64,000 nucleotides of DNA from Hyphomicrobiales bacterium (GCA_965227875.1 OZ245783.1:5089929-5153928); one strand, 5' to 3'. Shown: positions 38,273 through 47,756, counted from the stretch's first letter. The notes: generated by a model from the letters alone, not told the origin. Program-made: numbers and translations.

Positions 38273-39418
38273 TCAGGCAGCGGCCGAGAGGTTGTCGCCA
38301 AGCTGTTGCGCCAGGTATCTCGCGGTATCCGGCCCGAGCCGCGAAATCAGATCCAGCATTGTCTTCCTGTCCAGCGGATCCAGTTCCTCGCATTCCGTGA
38401 CTGCCAGTTCAACCAGCCGCCGCCCGAATGCCTCCGGCGTGACCTCGATGGCCGCCTGCTGCACGTCCATGTGCAGGTCCAGCGCAAGACGGAACGCAGG
38501 ATATGCGTCGGCGGGCAACCCCGCGCGCAGGTAGATTGCCCGGGACCCCAGCCGCGCCTTGCCGTAGAGCAGCGAGCGGACCTTTCTCAGCGGCACACCG
38601 GAGATCACGTGAAGCGCCTGCTCCACGAAGCTCGCCATGCCCGCGAAGGACGCCCGCAGCACAAGAGACGCGGTCATTTCCCCGTGCTGGGCGATGAGCA
38701 CGGCGGTCTTGTTCATGCTTTCGGGACTGCTGCCGGTCCGGCAGATGAGGTTCATGTAACGCTCGTCGCGCCAACTCGACTGCCGTGCCGTGCCGTTGAC
38801 GAGGTCGAGCGGTGCGTCTGCGGGAGCATCCTGCTTTTGCCGTGTGAGCATGATCGAGACATGAAGCGGAAGGTCGAGGCGGCGGCCGAGCGCAGTCCTG
38901 ATCGTCTCGTTCTCGGCAAACACGGAAACAAGATGCTCGAAGCCACGTTCCCCGATATCCGCCTTGGGATTGCGCAGGATGGTCAGGCAGAGCGTTTCGT
39001 CATCGGTTGCGGCGATGGCTTCCGCCAGGCGCCGTTCGATGACCCGGCGGCGCGATACCGCCTGTTTCTGCAACCGTGATCCGGACTTGAGCAGCGCAAG
39101 CAGGTCCGAGACCGACAGGGACCGTGTCAGCTCGATGAGCGGCAGGGACACCTCCTCCACATCGCAGACAAGCCGCCGCACGATGTCTTTCGGCACCAGG
39201 GCCGACCGACCCAGCGAACGGGCGAGAGTGCGCCGAACCTTGATGACCGTGTCTTCGCACAACAGTTCGAGCAGCGGGTGAAGGTCCGCGAACTGGGAGG
39301 GATCAGCGTCTTCCGCACAAAACAGTTCGCCAATCTGGCGGGCCAGCGTGGCTCTTATTTCCGCGTCCGGGCTCTGTGCGACGTGCGACAGGTAAGCAGT
39401 ATCGAAAGTTTCCGGCAT
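38273..39418 (-). CDS. DUF2336 family protein
   Basis: 381-aa ORF with HEAT-like helical repeats. The pattern (AEIRATLARQIGELF..., DTVIKVRRTLARSL...) matches DUF2336 as I remember it. Confidence 0.75.
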   Translation of the reverse strand: MPETFDTAYLSHVAQSPDAEIRATLARQIGELFCAEDADPSQFADLHPLLELLCEDTVIKVRRTLARSLGRSALVPKDIVRRLVCDVEEVSLPLIELTRSLSVSDLLALLKSGSRLQKQAVSRRRVIERRLAEAIAATDDETLCLTILRNPKADIGERGFEHLVSVFAENETIRTALGRRLDLPLHVSIMLTRQKQDAPADAPLDLVNGTARQSSWRDERYMNLICRTGSSPESMNKTAVLIAQHGEMTASLVLRASFAGMASFVEQALHVISGVPLRKVRSLLYGKARLGSRAIYLRAGLPADAYPAFRLALDLHMDVQQAAIEVTPEAFGRRLVELAVTECEELDPLDRKTMLDLISRLGPDTARYLAQQLGDNLSAAA

Positions 39419-39535
39419 CTTCGGTCTCCACCCGTTCTCGCGCGCGGCATGACCGCGCGGACCCTGCCTGAAAGTGGAGATTCATGATTAAAATTCCGTT
39501 CACCATGTTGCGTCGCGCTGCATGGTGACGGCGGA

Positions 39536-40771
39536 TCATTCTTCCCGTTCTTCGGCGATGGCGGACGCCGCGACCAGGGTGGTGCGGGGCGCGACGAGCA
39601 CGAAGTCCCCCTGCTCTTCCGACGGCACCGCGGCACGCTGCGTCATGCGGTAGAGCGCAAACAGGCCGAGTACCCCGTAGACGACTGCCATGAGAGCGAG
39701 GTAACCGTCGGGCCCGAACTGACGCATGAAGGCACCCGCGGTAATCGGCCCGAAACTCGAACCGATCCCGAACAGGAGCACCAGCTTGGCGCTCGCGCCG
39801 AGCATCTGGTCGTACTCCAGTTGGTCGTTGGCATGGGCGATCGCCAGCGAATAGAGCGGCAGCGACAGCGCACCGAAGACCGTGAACGCCACCGCAAGGG
39901 CGAAAAACGAATGCGCGGCGGCGAACATGCAGACGAGCGCGACGGCGGACGTGATGAAGGTCAGGATCATCATCACCATGCGCCTGTCATACCGGTCGGA
40001 AAGCGTGCCGATGGGAAACTGGGCGAAGACGACACCGAGCAGCGGCAGGCCCATGAGCAGGGAGATCTGTCCGAGCGAGAGCCCGTTGAGATTGCCGTAG
40101 ACGGCGCCCATGCCGAAAAACGCACCCTGCCCGACACCGTTTATGAAACAGGCGAACACGGCCAGCGGGGAGCTATTGTAGAGCTCCTTGACGCCGACCG
40201 GACGTACCTGCGGGATCTCGGGCGCGTGGGTCCTCGTCAGCGCAACCGGCACCAGCGCCATCGACACGAGTGCGGAAACGATGATGAACAGGACGAATCC
40301 CCCCGGGTCCGCGAGGTTGAGAAGGAACTGGCCGAGGCCGAAAAACGAGAAGCTGATGATCATGTAGACGGACAGGAACTTGCCGCGCATCTCGTTGGTC
40401 GCGGCATGGTTGACCCAGCTTTCCGCCACGACGTACAGCCCGGCAAGGCATGCGCCCGTCAGCACGCGCATGAAGAACCACGCGTAGGGATTGACGAAGA
40501 CCGCGAACAGCAGGAACACCGTGGAGGATATCGACGCGAACGCGGAGAACACGCGGATATGCCCGACCCGCCCGATAAGCACGGGCGTGATCAATGAACC
40601 GACGAGCAGCCCGACGAAATAGCCCGACATGACGAAACCCGTCACGGCGGTGCCGAAGCCCTCCATGATCGCCCGGAGCCCGAGCAGCGTGCCCTGGAGG
40701 CCGTTGCCAAGCATGAGGAGCGCAACCCCGGTAAAGAGCGCCCAGATTCTGATGACGGCCTGTGCAAGCAT
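39536..40771 (-). CDS. MFS transporter
   Basis: 411 aa with about 12 predicted TM helices. The motif TLSDRYDRRMVMM lies in the second half. Confidence 0.85.
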   Translation of the reverse strand: MLAQAVIRIWALFTGVALLMLGNGLQGTLLGLRAIMEGFGTAVTGFVMSGYFVGLLVGSLITPVLIGRVGHIRVFSAFASISSTVFLLFAVFVNPYAWFFMRVLTGACLAGLYVVAESWVNHAATNEMRGKFLSVYMIISFSFFGLGQFLLNLADPGGFVLFIIVSALVSMALVPVALTRTHAPEIPQVRPVGVKELYNSSPLAVFACFINGVGQGAFFGMGAVYGNLNGLSLGQISLLMGLPLLGVVFAQFPIGTLSDRYDRRMVMMILTFITSAVALVCMFAAAHSFFALAVAFTVFGALSLPLYSLAIAHANDQLEYDQMLGASAKLVLLFGIGSSFGPITAGAFMRQFGPDGYLALMAVVYGVLGLFALYRMTQRAAVPSEEQGDFVLVAPRTTLVAASAIAEEREE

Positions 40772-41071
40772 GTCGGAGCATTCCGCTTTGGGAGAGGACC
40801 ATGAAACGAGCGCCCCGTTTACAGGTCCGCATGGGGTTCGAGGATTCCAAACACGACATAACGCGCGTCAAAAACGCGCTTTGCTGTTCCGGCTTCGACC
40901 CGGCAGCAGTCAAGCCTGCCAAAGGCCTGATTTCACATTCCTTCAGGCAACGCGGCCCGGAATGTCTGAGCGGTCCGGCAGGTGGGCAAGCTTGATAGCA
41001 GTTCGCGTCCGGACACCACTGAATTCCGTTCAATCCGATCCGTTGCGGGCTTCCCGCCGACGGGAAATCGT

Positions 41072-41419
41072 TCAGCCGCCGCCTCGGCGCACGACCGTGG
41101 CTGCGGCAGGGTCGAGATCGAGGCGGGCCCTGGGAATAGGCTCGCCCGTCTGCACGCAATAGCCGTATTCGCCGTCCTCGATCCGGTCGAGCGCGGCGTC
41201 GACCTTCTGCAGTTCCTGCAGTCTCCGGCGACGTGTTTCCTGCGCCATCGCCTGCACCTGCATGGCGTCCATGCGCGACAGGCGCCCCACCGACGTCTGG
41301 TCGAGTTGCACGGGAGCGCTGTCGTCCGCGGAAGTGTGGAGCAATTCCTCCAGTTCCGCCTTCATGTCGAGGAGCCGACCCTTGAAACGGGCCACTTCGT
41401 CTTCGCTGAGGTCTTCCAT
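41072..41419 (-). CDS. DksA/TraR-family protein with degenerate zinc finger
   Basis: A coiled-coil N-terminus is followed by DGEYGYCVQTGEPIPRARLDLDPAAATVVRRGGG. Only 1 of the 4 canonical Cys residues is present. Confidence 0.75.
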   Translation of the reverse strand: MEDLSEDEVARFKGRLLDMKAELEELLHTSADDSAPVQLDQTSVGRLSRMDAMQVQAMAQETRRRRLQELQKVDAALDRIEDGEYGYCVQTGEPIPRARLDLDPAAATVVRRGGG

Positions 41420-41455
41420 CCGCGCGCCTCTCGTCCCGCCTCCTCGCGGTTCCGG

Positions 41456-42472
41456 TCAGTTGGTGCGGAACAGATCGTAGAGCGGTTTGCGCGGTTCGAG
41501 CAAACCCCTGGCGCGGGAAATCGGCGTCGCTGAAGTCTCCTCTGCGGCCCGGCGACCGGCGTTTCCCACCGGGTCTCCCGAGGGGTCGATCGCGCCGGTC
41601 TGTTCGTAGAACAGGCGGATCTGTGCCGACGACAGGACAAGCGGACCGTCGCGCATGTATGCGTCCTCGCCTGCGGCGTTTCCGGAGGTACGGGCACCGC
41701 CTGTGTCCGCGAACAGGCTCCTCACCGCAAGACCTCCTGCGGGTGCGGTATCTCCGCCGAAATTGACGGGCCTGAGATACTCGGCAGCGGCTGGGGAAAT
41801 CCTGATGTCCCGGGCATCGTTTGACGGTCGGGTTGGTGCATCGGCGATCCGGACCGGCGAATCGCCATGTTTCCGCACGAGCACGTCATAGACGCCCGCA
41901 ACACTGCGGGGGCGGCCCGATCCCTCGTAGAATATGCTGCGGTTCGCGCGCGCCGCATCCGGGAAGAGATCCCGTCCCGCGCGATCGGGGTTGTTCTCCG
42001 CTTCGCTGATGAGCCGGACGGCTCCGCCCGCACCGAGGAAATGCGCGATGTAAAGCTCCCCCTCCGTCGGCTCCCGGCCGATGTTTTCGGAGAGCGTGTC
42101 ATGAGAGACGCGCGTGTAGGCCCCGGCCACCATTGCGGCCACGCCGGGATCCTTCCGCAGGGCAAGAATTGCCGACCGATCAGCCCCTTCGGTCACTTTG
42201 TGCCGACCGTCGGGGGTCGTCTCGATCTGGGCGGCGAGGTCTCCCATTCCCATCCCGGGCCCGACCGACTTGATCATGCCGAGCCAAGTCTGCTCGATGA
42301 ACTGAAACAGTCCTGTCGCGGAAGAAGTCCTTGATTTCGCGTTACTATCGAGCCCGCTCTCGCGAACGGCGGTCTTCAGAAGATAGTCGAAGTCGACGCC
42401 CGTGGCCTTGCTGGCGTTGCGCAGGGCGGTGTCGATTGTCTGCGGGACCGCGATCGGTTGGATGCCTGACAT
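41456..42472 (-). CDS. Lytic transglycosylase (SLT domain) protein
   Basis: The N-terminal SLT motifs are AVRESGLDSNAKS...ATGLFQFIEQTW. The rest is unrecognised. Confidence 0.8.
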   Translation of the reverse strand: MSGIQPIAVPQTIDTALRNASKATGVDFDYLLKTAVRESGLDSNAKSRTSSATGLFQFIEQTWLGMIKSVGPGMGMGDLAAQIETTPDGRHKVTEGADRSAILALRKDPGVAAMVAGAYTRVSHDTLSENIGREPTEGELYIAHFLGAGGAVRLISEAENNPDRAGRDLFPDAARANRSIFYEGSGRPRSVAGVYDVLVRKHGDSPVRIADAPTRPSNDARDIRISPAAAEYLRPVNFGGDTAPAGGLAVRSLFADTGGARTSGNAAGEDAYMRDGPLVLSSAQIRLFYEQTGAIDPSGDPVGNAGRRAAEETSATPISRARGLLEPRKPLYDLFRTN

Positions 42473-42550
42473 GCTGCCTCCGGGTAAGCTGGCACTGTCA
42501 TACCCAGCAATCGCCGTGCCACTTCACTCCGGAACCGTTCCCAAACCCCG

Positions 42551-42925
42551 TCAAGACGCGCGAAGCCCGGCCTGGACCAGCTTGAAATCAAGCAGGTCGT
42601 CGTCGAATGGCTTGACGAGACATTCGTACGCCCCGTCCCAGATCGCCGCACCGATGAGTGCCGGATCCTGGTCGTCGGCGCAATAGATAACGACAGGCGT
42701 TCGCCCGTCCCTCGAAAGAGAAAGGCTCTTGAGTAGCCCACTGCTCTTTCCCGGCCCGCTCGCCGATGCATCCACGAAGATGACATCCGGCATGTTTTCC
42801 CGGCACGCGGTCATCGCGTCTTCGGTGTTGCCAACCCGGTGGACCCGGAAATTGCTGCGCTTGAAATAGGCCCGTGCAGACTCGCTGACCTGGGGGTTCC
42901 TGTCGACGATCAGGCATGTCTTCAT
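42551..42925 (-). CDS. Stand-alone receiver-domain protein (atypical acidic pocket)
   Basis: Sequence MKTCLIVDRN..., VIFVDAS and LVKPF. It has DR instead of DD/ED at the N-terminal acidic pair. ATG 42925 has GGAAAGG upstream. Confidence 0.75.
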   Translation of the reverse strand: MKTCLIVDRNPQVSESARAYFKRSNFRVHRVGNTEDAMTACRENMPDVIFVDASASGPGKSSGLLKSLSLSRDGRTPVVIYCADDQDPALIGAAIWDGAYECLVKPFDDDLLDFKLVQAGLRAS

Positions 42926-43012
42926 GAGTTGCACCTTTCCGTTCGTGCGAGGGTGAGACGGGACGCGAACACCATTTATGCGAGTCCTAATGACTCGTTC
43001 GTAAACGAAAAG

Positions 43013-43027
43013 TTAACCGCCGTTTAC
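43013..43027. promoter_or_regulatory. Near-consensus CtrA box TTAA-N7-TTAC in AT-rich divergent intergenic region
   Basis: TTAACCGCCGTTTAC lies about 90 nt upstream of the receiver gene start. Confidence 0.2.
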
Positions 43028-43293
43028 ACCTGGATAAACGTGATTTATTTCATTAAAATCAATACATTAAATGAACGAAGAGAATCAGTTTCGCAGCTCC
43101 GCGTTAACCGTTCGGCCTGTCAAGCGGGACTCGCATCGCGACTCACTCCGATGAGTTTCACAACCCATGATTGCATCTTCAACGAGTCCTGTTACGGACT
43201 CGCGATTCCCGTATTTCGTCCTCTTTTGCGGCGACACGTCGGTTGCCGCTGGTCTATAACGGCAGCCGCCTGACACCTGCACGGGGAAACCAA

Positions 43294-43755
43294 ATGCCGG
43301 GACTCTATTTCGAGGAATTCACCATCGGTAACGTCATCCAGCACGAACTGAGGCGCACCGTGACCGAAATGGACAACATGCTGTTCAGCAACATGACCCT
43401 GAACCCCCAGCCGCTGCATATCGACCGGCATTTCTGCGAAACGCAGACCGAATTCGGACAGCCGCTCGTGAACAGCCTGTTCACGCTGGGCCTGATGATC
43501 GGGATTTCCGTTAACGACACCACTGTCGGCACCACCATCGCTAACCTCGGCATGACGGACGTACGGTTCCCGGCCCCCCTCTTCCACGGCGATACCGTCC
43601 ACGTGGAAACCGAGATCATCGGCAAGCGCGAGAGCCGTTCGCGCCCGGATGCCGGCATCGTCGAGTTCGAACACCGGGCGTTCAACCAGAAGGACGAGCT
43701 CGTCGCCACGTGCAGGCGCCAGGCTTTCATGCGCAAGACACCACAAAAGGCATAG
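43294..43755 (+). CDS. MaoC-like (R)-specific enoyl-CoA hydratase/dehydratase
   Basis: ATG 43294 has GGGGAA upstream. The hot-dog fold sequence is [11 protein letters not shown]...[27 protein letters not shown]. Confidence 0.85.
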   Translation: MPGLYFEEFTIGNVIQHELRRTVTEMDNMLFSNMTLNPQPLHIDRHFCETQTEFGQPLVNSLFTLGLMIGISVNDTTVGTTIANLGMTDVRFPAPLFHGDTVHVETEIIGKRESRSRPDAGIVEFEHRAFNQKDELVATCRRQAFMRKTPQKA

Positions 43756-43761
43756 TTATCC

Positions 43762-44640
43762 ATGAGGAGCCTCCTGTTCGTACCGGGCGACAGCCCCCGC
43801 AAGATGGAAAAGGCACTGACGAGCGGTGCCGACGTCCTGATTCTCGACCTCGAAGATTCCGTCGGTCTGGATGACAAGGCCGCCGCCCGCGAAACCACCG
43901 CCGAATTCCTGAAGGCCCGCACCGGGGACGGTCCGCGCATGTTTGTGCGCGTGAACCCCTTCAATTCCGGTCTGACCCGGGACGATCTCGCTGCCGTGTT
44001 GCCCGGATGTCCGGACGGCCTCGTCCAGCCCAAGACGCGATCGGGCGACGACGTCGGCGCTCTCGAGAAAATGGCTGCGGAACTGATCGGGGAAGCAAGC
44101 CTCGAGGGCCCGACTCCGGAAATCTGCGTCATCGCGACCGAAACCGCCGCTTCCGTGTTCACGATGGGCAGCTATTCCGGGTGCTCCGCTCGTCTCACCG
44201 CACTGTCCTGGGGAGCGGAGGACCTGAGCGCGGACATCGGCGCATCCACCAACCGTCTCGAGAGCGGGACATACTCGGACCCCTTCCGGCTTGCCCGCTC
44301 CCTTGCCCTGTTCGCGGCGCACGCAGCCGAGGTGGACGCGATCGACACTGTCTACACGAACTTCCGCAACACCGACGGCCTGCGAGACGAGTGCATCGCC
44401 GCGGTGCGCGACGGGTTTACCGGAAAGCTCGCGATCCATCCCGCGCAGGTCCCGGTCATCAACGAGGTCTTCTCACCGTCACCGGAAGACGTAGGCCGTG
44501 CGAAACGCGTCTTCGAGGCGTTCGAGGCGGCGGGCAATCCGGGCGTCGTGGGCCTTGACGGCGAAATGCTCGACCGTCCCCACCTGCTGCGCGCGCGAAA
44601 GCTTCTGGACCGGGCCGAGCAATACGGGCTTGCGACCTGA
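43762..44640 (+). CDS. HpcH/CitE-like CoA-ester lyase (malyl-/citramalyl-CoA lyase family)
   Basis: Sequence RSLLFVPGDSPRKMEKALTSGADVLILDLEDSV is typical of citrate-lyase beta-like proteins. Confidence 0.9.
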   Translation: MRSLLFVPGDSPRKMEKALTSGADVLILDLEDSVGLDDKAAARETTAEFLKARTGDGPRMFVRVNPFNSGLTRDDLAAVLPGCPDGLVQPKTRSGDDVGALEKMAAELIGEASLEGPTPEICVIATETAASVFTMGSYSGCSARLTALSWGAEDLSADIGASTNRLESGTYSDPFRLARSLALFAAHAAEVDAIDTVYTNFRNTDGLRDECIAAVRDGFTGKLAIHPAQVPVINEVFSPSPEDVGRAKRVFEAFEAAGNPGVVGLDGEMLDRPHLLRARKLLDRAEQYGLAT

Positions 44641-44657
44641 CGCCCGAGACGCGGACG

Positions 44658-45257
44658 TCAGACCTTGGGCCGCTTCATTTCGAAGACGGTATCCACGCTG
44701 GTGTACTCGTGATAGCCGCAGCGGGCAATCGTCCGCATGCTGGTGATGTCGATCATGCCGTCCTCCACGACCGAGTCATCGATGAAGACGCCGAGAACTT
44801 CACCGAAGATCACCGAGGCCTCGGCGAAGCCCGGCTTGCGCGGCAGCGCCACCGTCTGCATGTAGCGGCACTCGAGCGCAACCGGTGAACGGGCGACGCG
44901 GGGCGGCTTGACCAGTCTGGAGGGCGCCGCTTCCAATCCGGCGAATTCCATTTCGTCCACGTCGGAGTCGACCGCCGCGGAGGTCTGGTTCATTTCCTCC
45001 CGAAGGTCCCAGACCGCGAGATTGCAGACGAATTCGCCTGTTTCCTCGATGTTTCTCTGGCTGTCCTTGCGCCCCTGGCTGCCGAACACGACCACATGCG
45101 GATCGGTCGACATCGCATTGAAGAAACTGTACGGCGCGAGATTGATCCGGCCGTCCGCATTCATCGACGTGATCCAGCCGATCGGCCGGGGCGCCACGAG
45201 CGTCTTGAACGGGTCATGGCGTAGCCCGTGCACGTTGTTGTCGGTCGTATAGAACAT
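44658..45257 (-). CDS. Flavin reductase family protein
   Basis: Sequence APRPIGWITSMNADGRINLAPYSFFNA. Confidence 0.85.
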   Translation of the reverse strand: MFYTTDNNVHGLRHDPFKTLVAPRPIGWITSMNADGRINLAPYSFFNAMSTDPHVVVFGSQGRKDSQRNIEETGEFVCNLAVWDLREEMNQTSAAVDSDVDEMEFAGLEAAPSRLVKPPRVARSPVALECRYMQTVALPRKPGFAEASVIFGEVLGVFIDDSVVEDGMIDITSMRTIARCGYHEYTSVDTVFEMKRPKV

Positions 45258-45278
45258 CGTCTTGCCTTCTGGTTCCGG

Positions 45279-45860
45279 TCAGGCCCGGTCGTCTTGCGAC
45301 CACACGCTGACCACGTCGTCGAATTCCGGGCGGGGGCGTTCGCTCGGGGCCTGCGCCGCGGTTCCCATGTAGATGAACCCCGCGACCTTTTCCTCCGCCT
45401 CGAGGCCGAGTGCATTCAGGACACGTGGGTCGTAGCCGTACCATTCCGTCAGCCACTGAGAAGCGTAGCCCTTGGCGGTCGCGGCGATGAGCAGATTCTG
45501 GCAGACGGCGCCGGCGGACAGGATCTGCTCCCATTCCGGCACCTTTGCACTGGCATCGACACTGGACACCACGCAGACGACCAGCGGCGCGCGCAGGAAA
45601 CGGTCCGCCTCGAAACCGATGCGTTCCTCGTCGGCCTGGGGGTTGTCCTCGACGAAGGCCTCCCGGATCGCCTCGCCCAGCGCACGGCGCGCGTCGCCCT
45701 CGATGATCACGAACCGCCAGGGTGTCAGTTTGCCGTGATCGGGGACGCGCATGCCGGCCCGCAGAATGTCTTCTAGGTCTTGTTTCGACGGCCCCGGCTC
45801 GACCATGTTGATCGCCAGGACGGACCGTCTGGTGTGCAAAAGCTTAATTGTTTCGTGCAT
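45279..45860 (-). CDS. Nitroreductase family protein
   Basis: Sequence MHETIKLLHTRRSV...PDHGKLTPWRFVII. ATG 45890 is an alternative start. Confidence 0.85.
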   Translation of the reverse strand: MHETIKLLHTRRSVLAINMVEPGPSKQDLEDILRAGMRVPDHGKLTPWRFVIIEGDARRALGEAIREAFVEDNPQADEERIGFEADRFLRAPLVVCVVSSVDASAKVPEWEQILSAGAVCQNLLIAATAKGYASQWLTEWYGYDPRVLNALGLEAEEKVAGFIYMGTAAQAPSERPRPEFDDVVSVWSQDDRA

Positions 45861-46049
45861 AGGGTTCCCGTGTGGAATAGCCGGCGTCATGCGGCTTCAG
45901 GCAGGATGCCGAATGCGTATCGCGTCGGGCGGGGAAATGTCAATTCACCGCTACGTGCTACCTCGACGGGAGAAATGCGCATCGGCGGTTTTCCGATAGC
46001 GCACACGTCCGGTATTATCGGGGTCGGCTGAGTCGCAGGGGAACGGGTC

Positions 46050-47756
46050 ATGGGCGGAGACACCGCTATTCGCGTCTGGATGAGACATGGGTTTGCCGCC
46101 GCGATTTCCCTCGCGGCGATGTCGCTTCCGACAGCGGCCCCGGCATCAGGTGTCTTTCTGCTCGACTCGACCGACAGCATGTCCGCCTCCATCGGGCAGA
46201 CCAACCGTGCGGACCTGCTGCGGACGGCGATCGGCGAGGCATTGAGCCGCGTCGCCCCGGAGAATTGGCCCGCCCTGGTGTCCTTCGGCGAGGGTACGCC
46301 ACAGAGCTGTACCGGCGCGAAGACCATCTCGCCTCAGGGTCAGGGCGGCCCTGCCGCGATCGCCGCGCTGTCGAAGCTGGCGCCGGGCGGACAGGCCGCG
46401 ATTTCCCGCGCCCTCAGTGCGGCCGCCGGGGTCGCGGGCAAATCGGGAGAAGCCCGGCATATCGTCATTTTCGCCGACGGCCCGGATGAATGCGGACCCG
46501 ACCCGTGCGCCACCGCAGCGGCACTCAAGGCAGCCGATAGCTCGGTGCGCATACACGTGGTCGACCTGTCGGGCAGCGACGGCGAGACGGAGGGGCTCGC
46601 CTGCATGGCGCGCAACACCGGGGGCACCTACGTCGCCGTGCGCGAACGCAACGAACTGATCGCGGCCATCGACAACACGGTACGTCTTGCCGGCAACACC
46701 GGCGCGGACATCGTCGCCAACGCGTCCGGGAAGGCCGCTTCACAGTCGGCGGGAGACCCGCTCGCGCCCGGCTACGTGCCGCCGCCTATCGTCACGACGC
46801 CCGCCACGGAGACGGCCGGCGGACCGGTCGCACCCGACAATACGGACGAGTTGCTGACCGGTGCGGTGTCAGCGAGCCAGCCGGAGACCGGTGCGACGAA
46901 CGCCGCGGCCCGACCCGGCGAAACAACCGTGCCGGCGGTCGGCAAGGACACGCGTCCCGCCTACCTGATCGAGAACACGAAGGTTTCCAAGGGCAAGGAG
47001 GGGATACTCCTGCGCGCCCAGATCACCCGCAATACCGGGACGATCACCCGTCCGGTGGACTGGGACGTCTACCGGATCGAGGACATCGCCAGCAAGAGGT
47101 GGCGTCAGGTCGGATCGCAGCAGGCGCCGGACGCCTTCTTTCAGCTCGAGCCGGGGCACTATGTCGTCCGCGCGTCCTATGGCGCCGTCAGGGCGGCGAA
47201 ACTGCTGACGGTGGAAGATGAAAAGGTCACCGACACCACGTTCATCCTGAATGCAGGCGCGCTCAGGGTCCTCCCTGCCCTTGCCTTTCTCGATCCTCCG
47301 GAAGGCACGACGGCCAAGCACTGGGTGTTCCGGAAGGCGGCGAAACCGGGCGCCAGGCGCAAGCTTGTCGCCGAAGCCACCAGGCCACGGGAAGTCGTGA
47401 GACTCAACGCTGGCCCCTACGTCCTCGTCAGCCGCCTGGGAAAGGCGAACGCGACGGTGGAAACCAACATAAACATCAGGCCCGGCCTCCTGACGGAAGT
47501 CGAGATCAACCACAAGGCGGGGGTCGCGACCTTCGCGGTCACCGGTTCTTCGGCGGACAAGCCGCTTCCGGACGCGCAGTGGGAACTGAAAGACGGCAAG
47601 GGCAAGATCGTGGTCAGGTCGAAAGGCGGCGCGCCGAGCCATGTCCTGGCGCCAGGACAGTACGTCATGACGGCACGGGTCGAGGGAAAGTCTTACGAAT
47701 CCGCATTCCGGATCGATATCGGCGAAGCCCTGACGGTCGAAATCGACACGAAGTGA
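46050..47756 (+). CDS. Secreted von Willebrand factor A domain protein with triple C-terminal repeat
   Basis: The order is a signal peptide, a vWA MIDAS-like LLDSTDSMS, a Pro/Thr-rich linker, and three PG-Y-V repeat modules. ATG 46080 is an alternative start. Confidence 0.8.
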   Translation: MGGDTAIRVWMRHGFAAAISLAAMSLPTAAPASGVFLLDSTDSMSASIGQTNRADLLRTAIGEALSRVAPENWPALVSFGEGTPQSCTGAKTISPQGQGGPAAIAALSKLAPGGQAAISRALSAAAGVAGKSGEARHIVIFADGPDECGPDPCATAAALKAADSSVRIHVVDLSGSDGETEGLACMARNTGGTYVAVRERNELIAAIDNTVRLAGNTGADIVANASGKAASQSAGDPLAPGYVPPPIVTTPATETAGGPVAPDNTDELLTGAVSASQPETGATNAAARPGETTVPAVGKDTRPAYLIENTKVSKGKEGILLRAQITRNTGTITRPVDWDVYRIEDIASKRWRQVGSQQAPDAFFQLEPGHYVVRASYGAVRAAKLLTVEDEKVTDTTFILNAGALRVLPALAFLDPPEGTTAKHWVFRKAAKPGARRKLVAEATRPREVVRLNAGPYVLVSRLGKANATVETNINIRPGLLTEVEINHKAGVATFAVTGSSADKPLPDAQWELKDGKGKIVVRSKGGAPSHVLAPGQYVMTARVEGKSYESAFRIDIGEALTVEIDTK

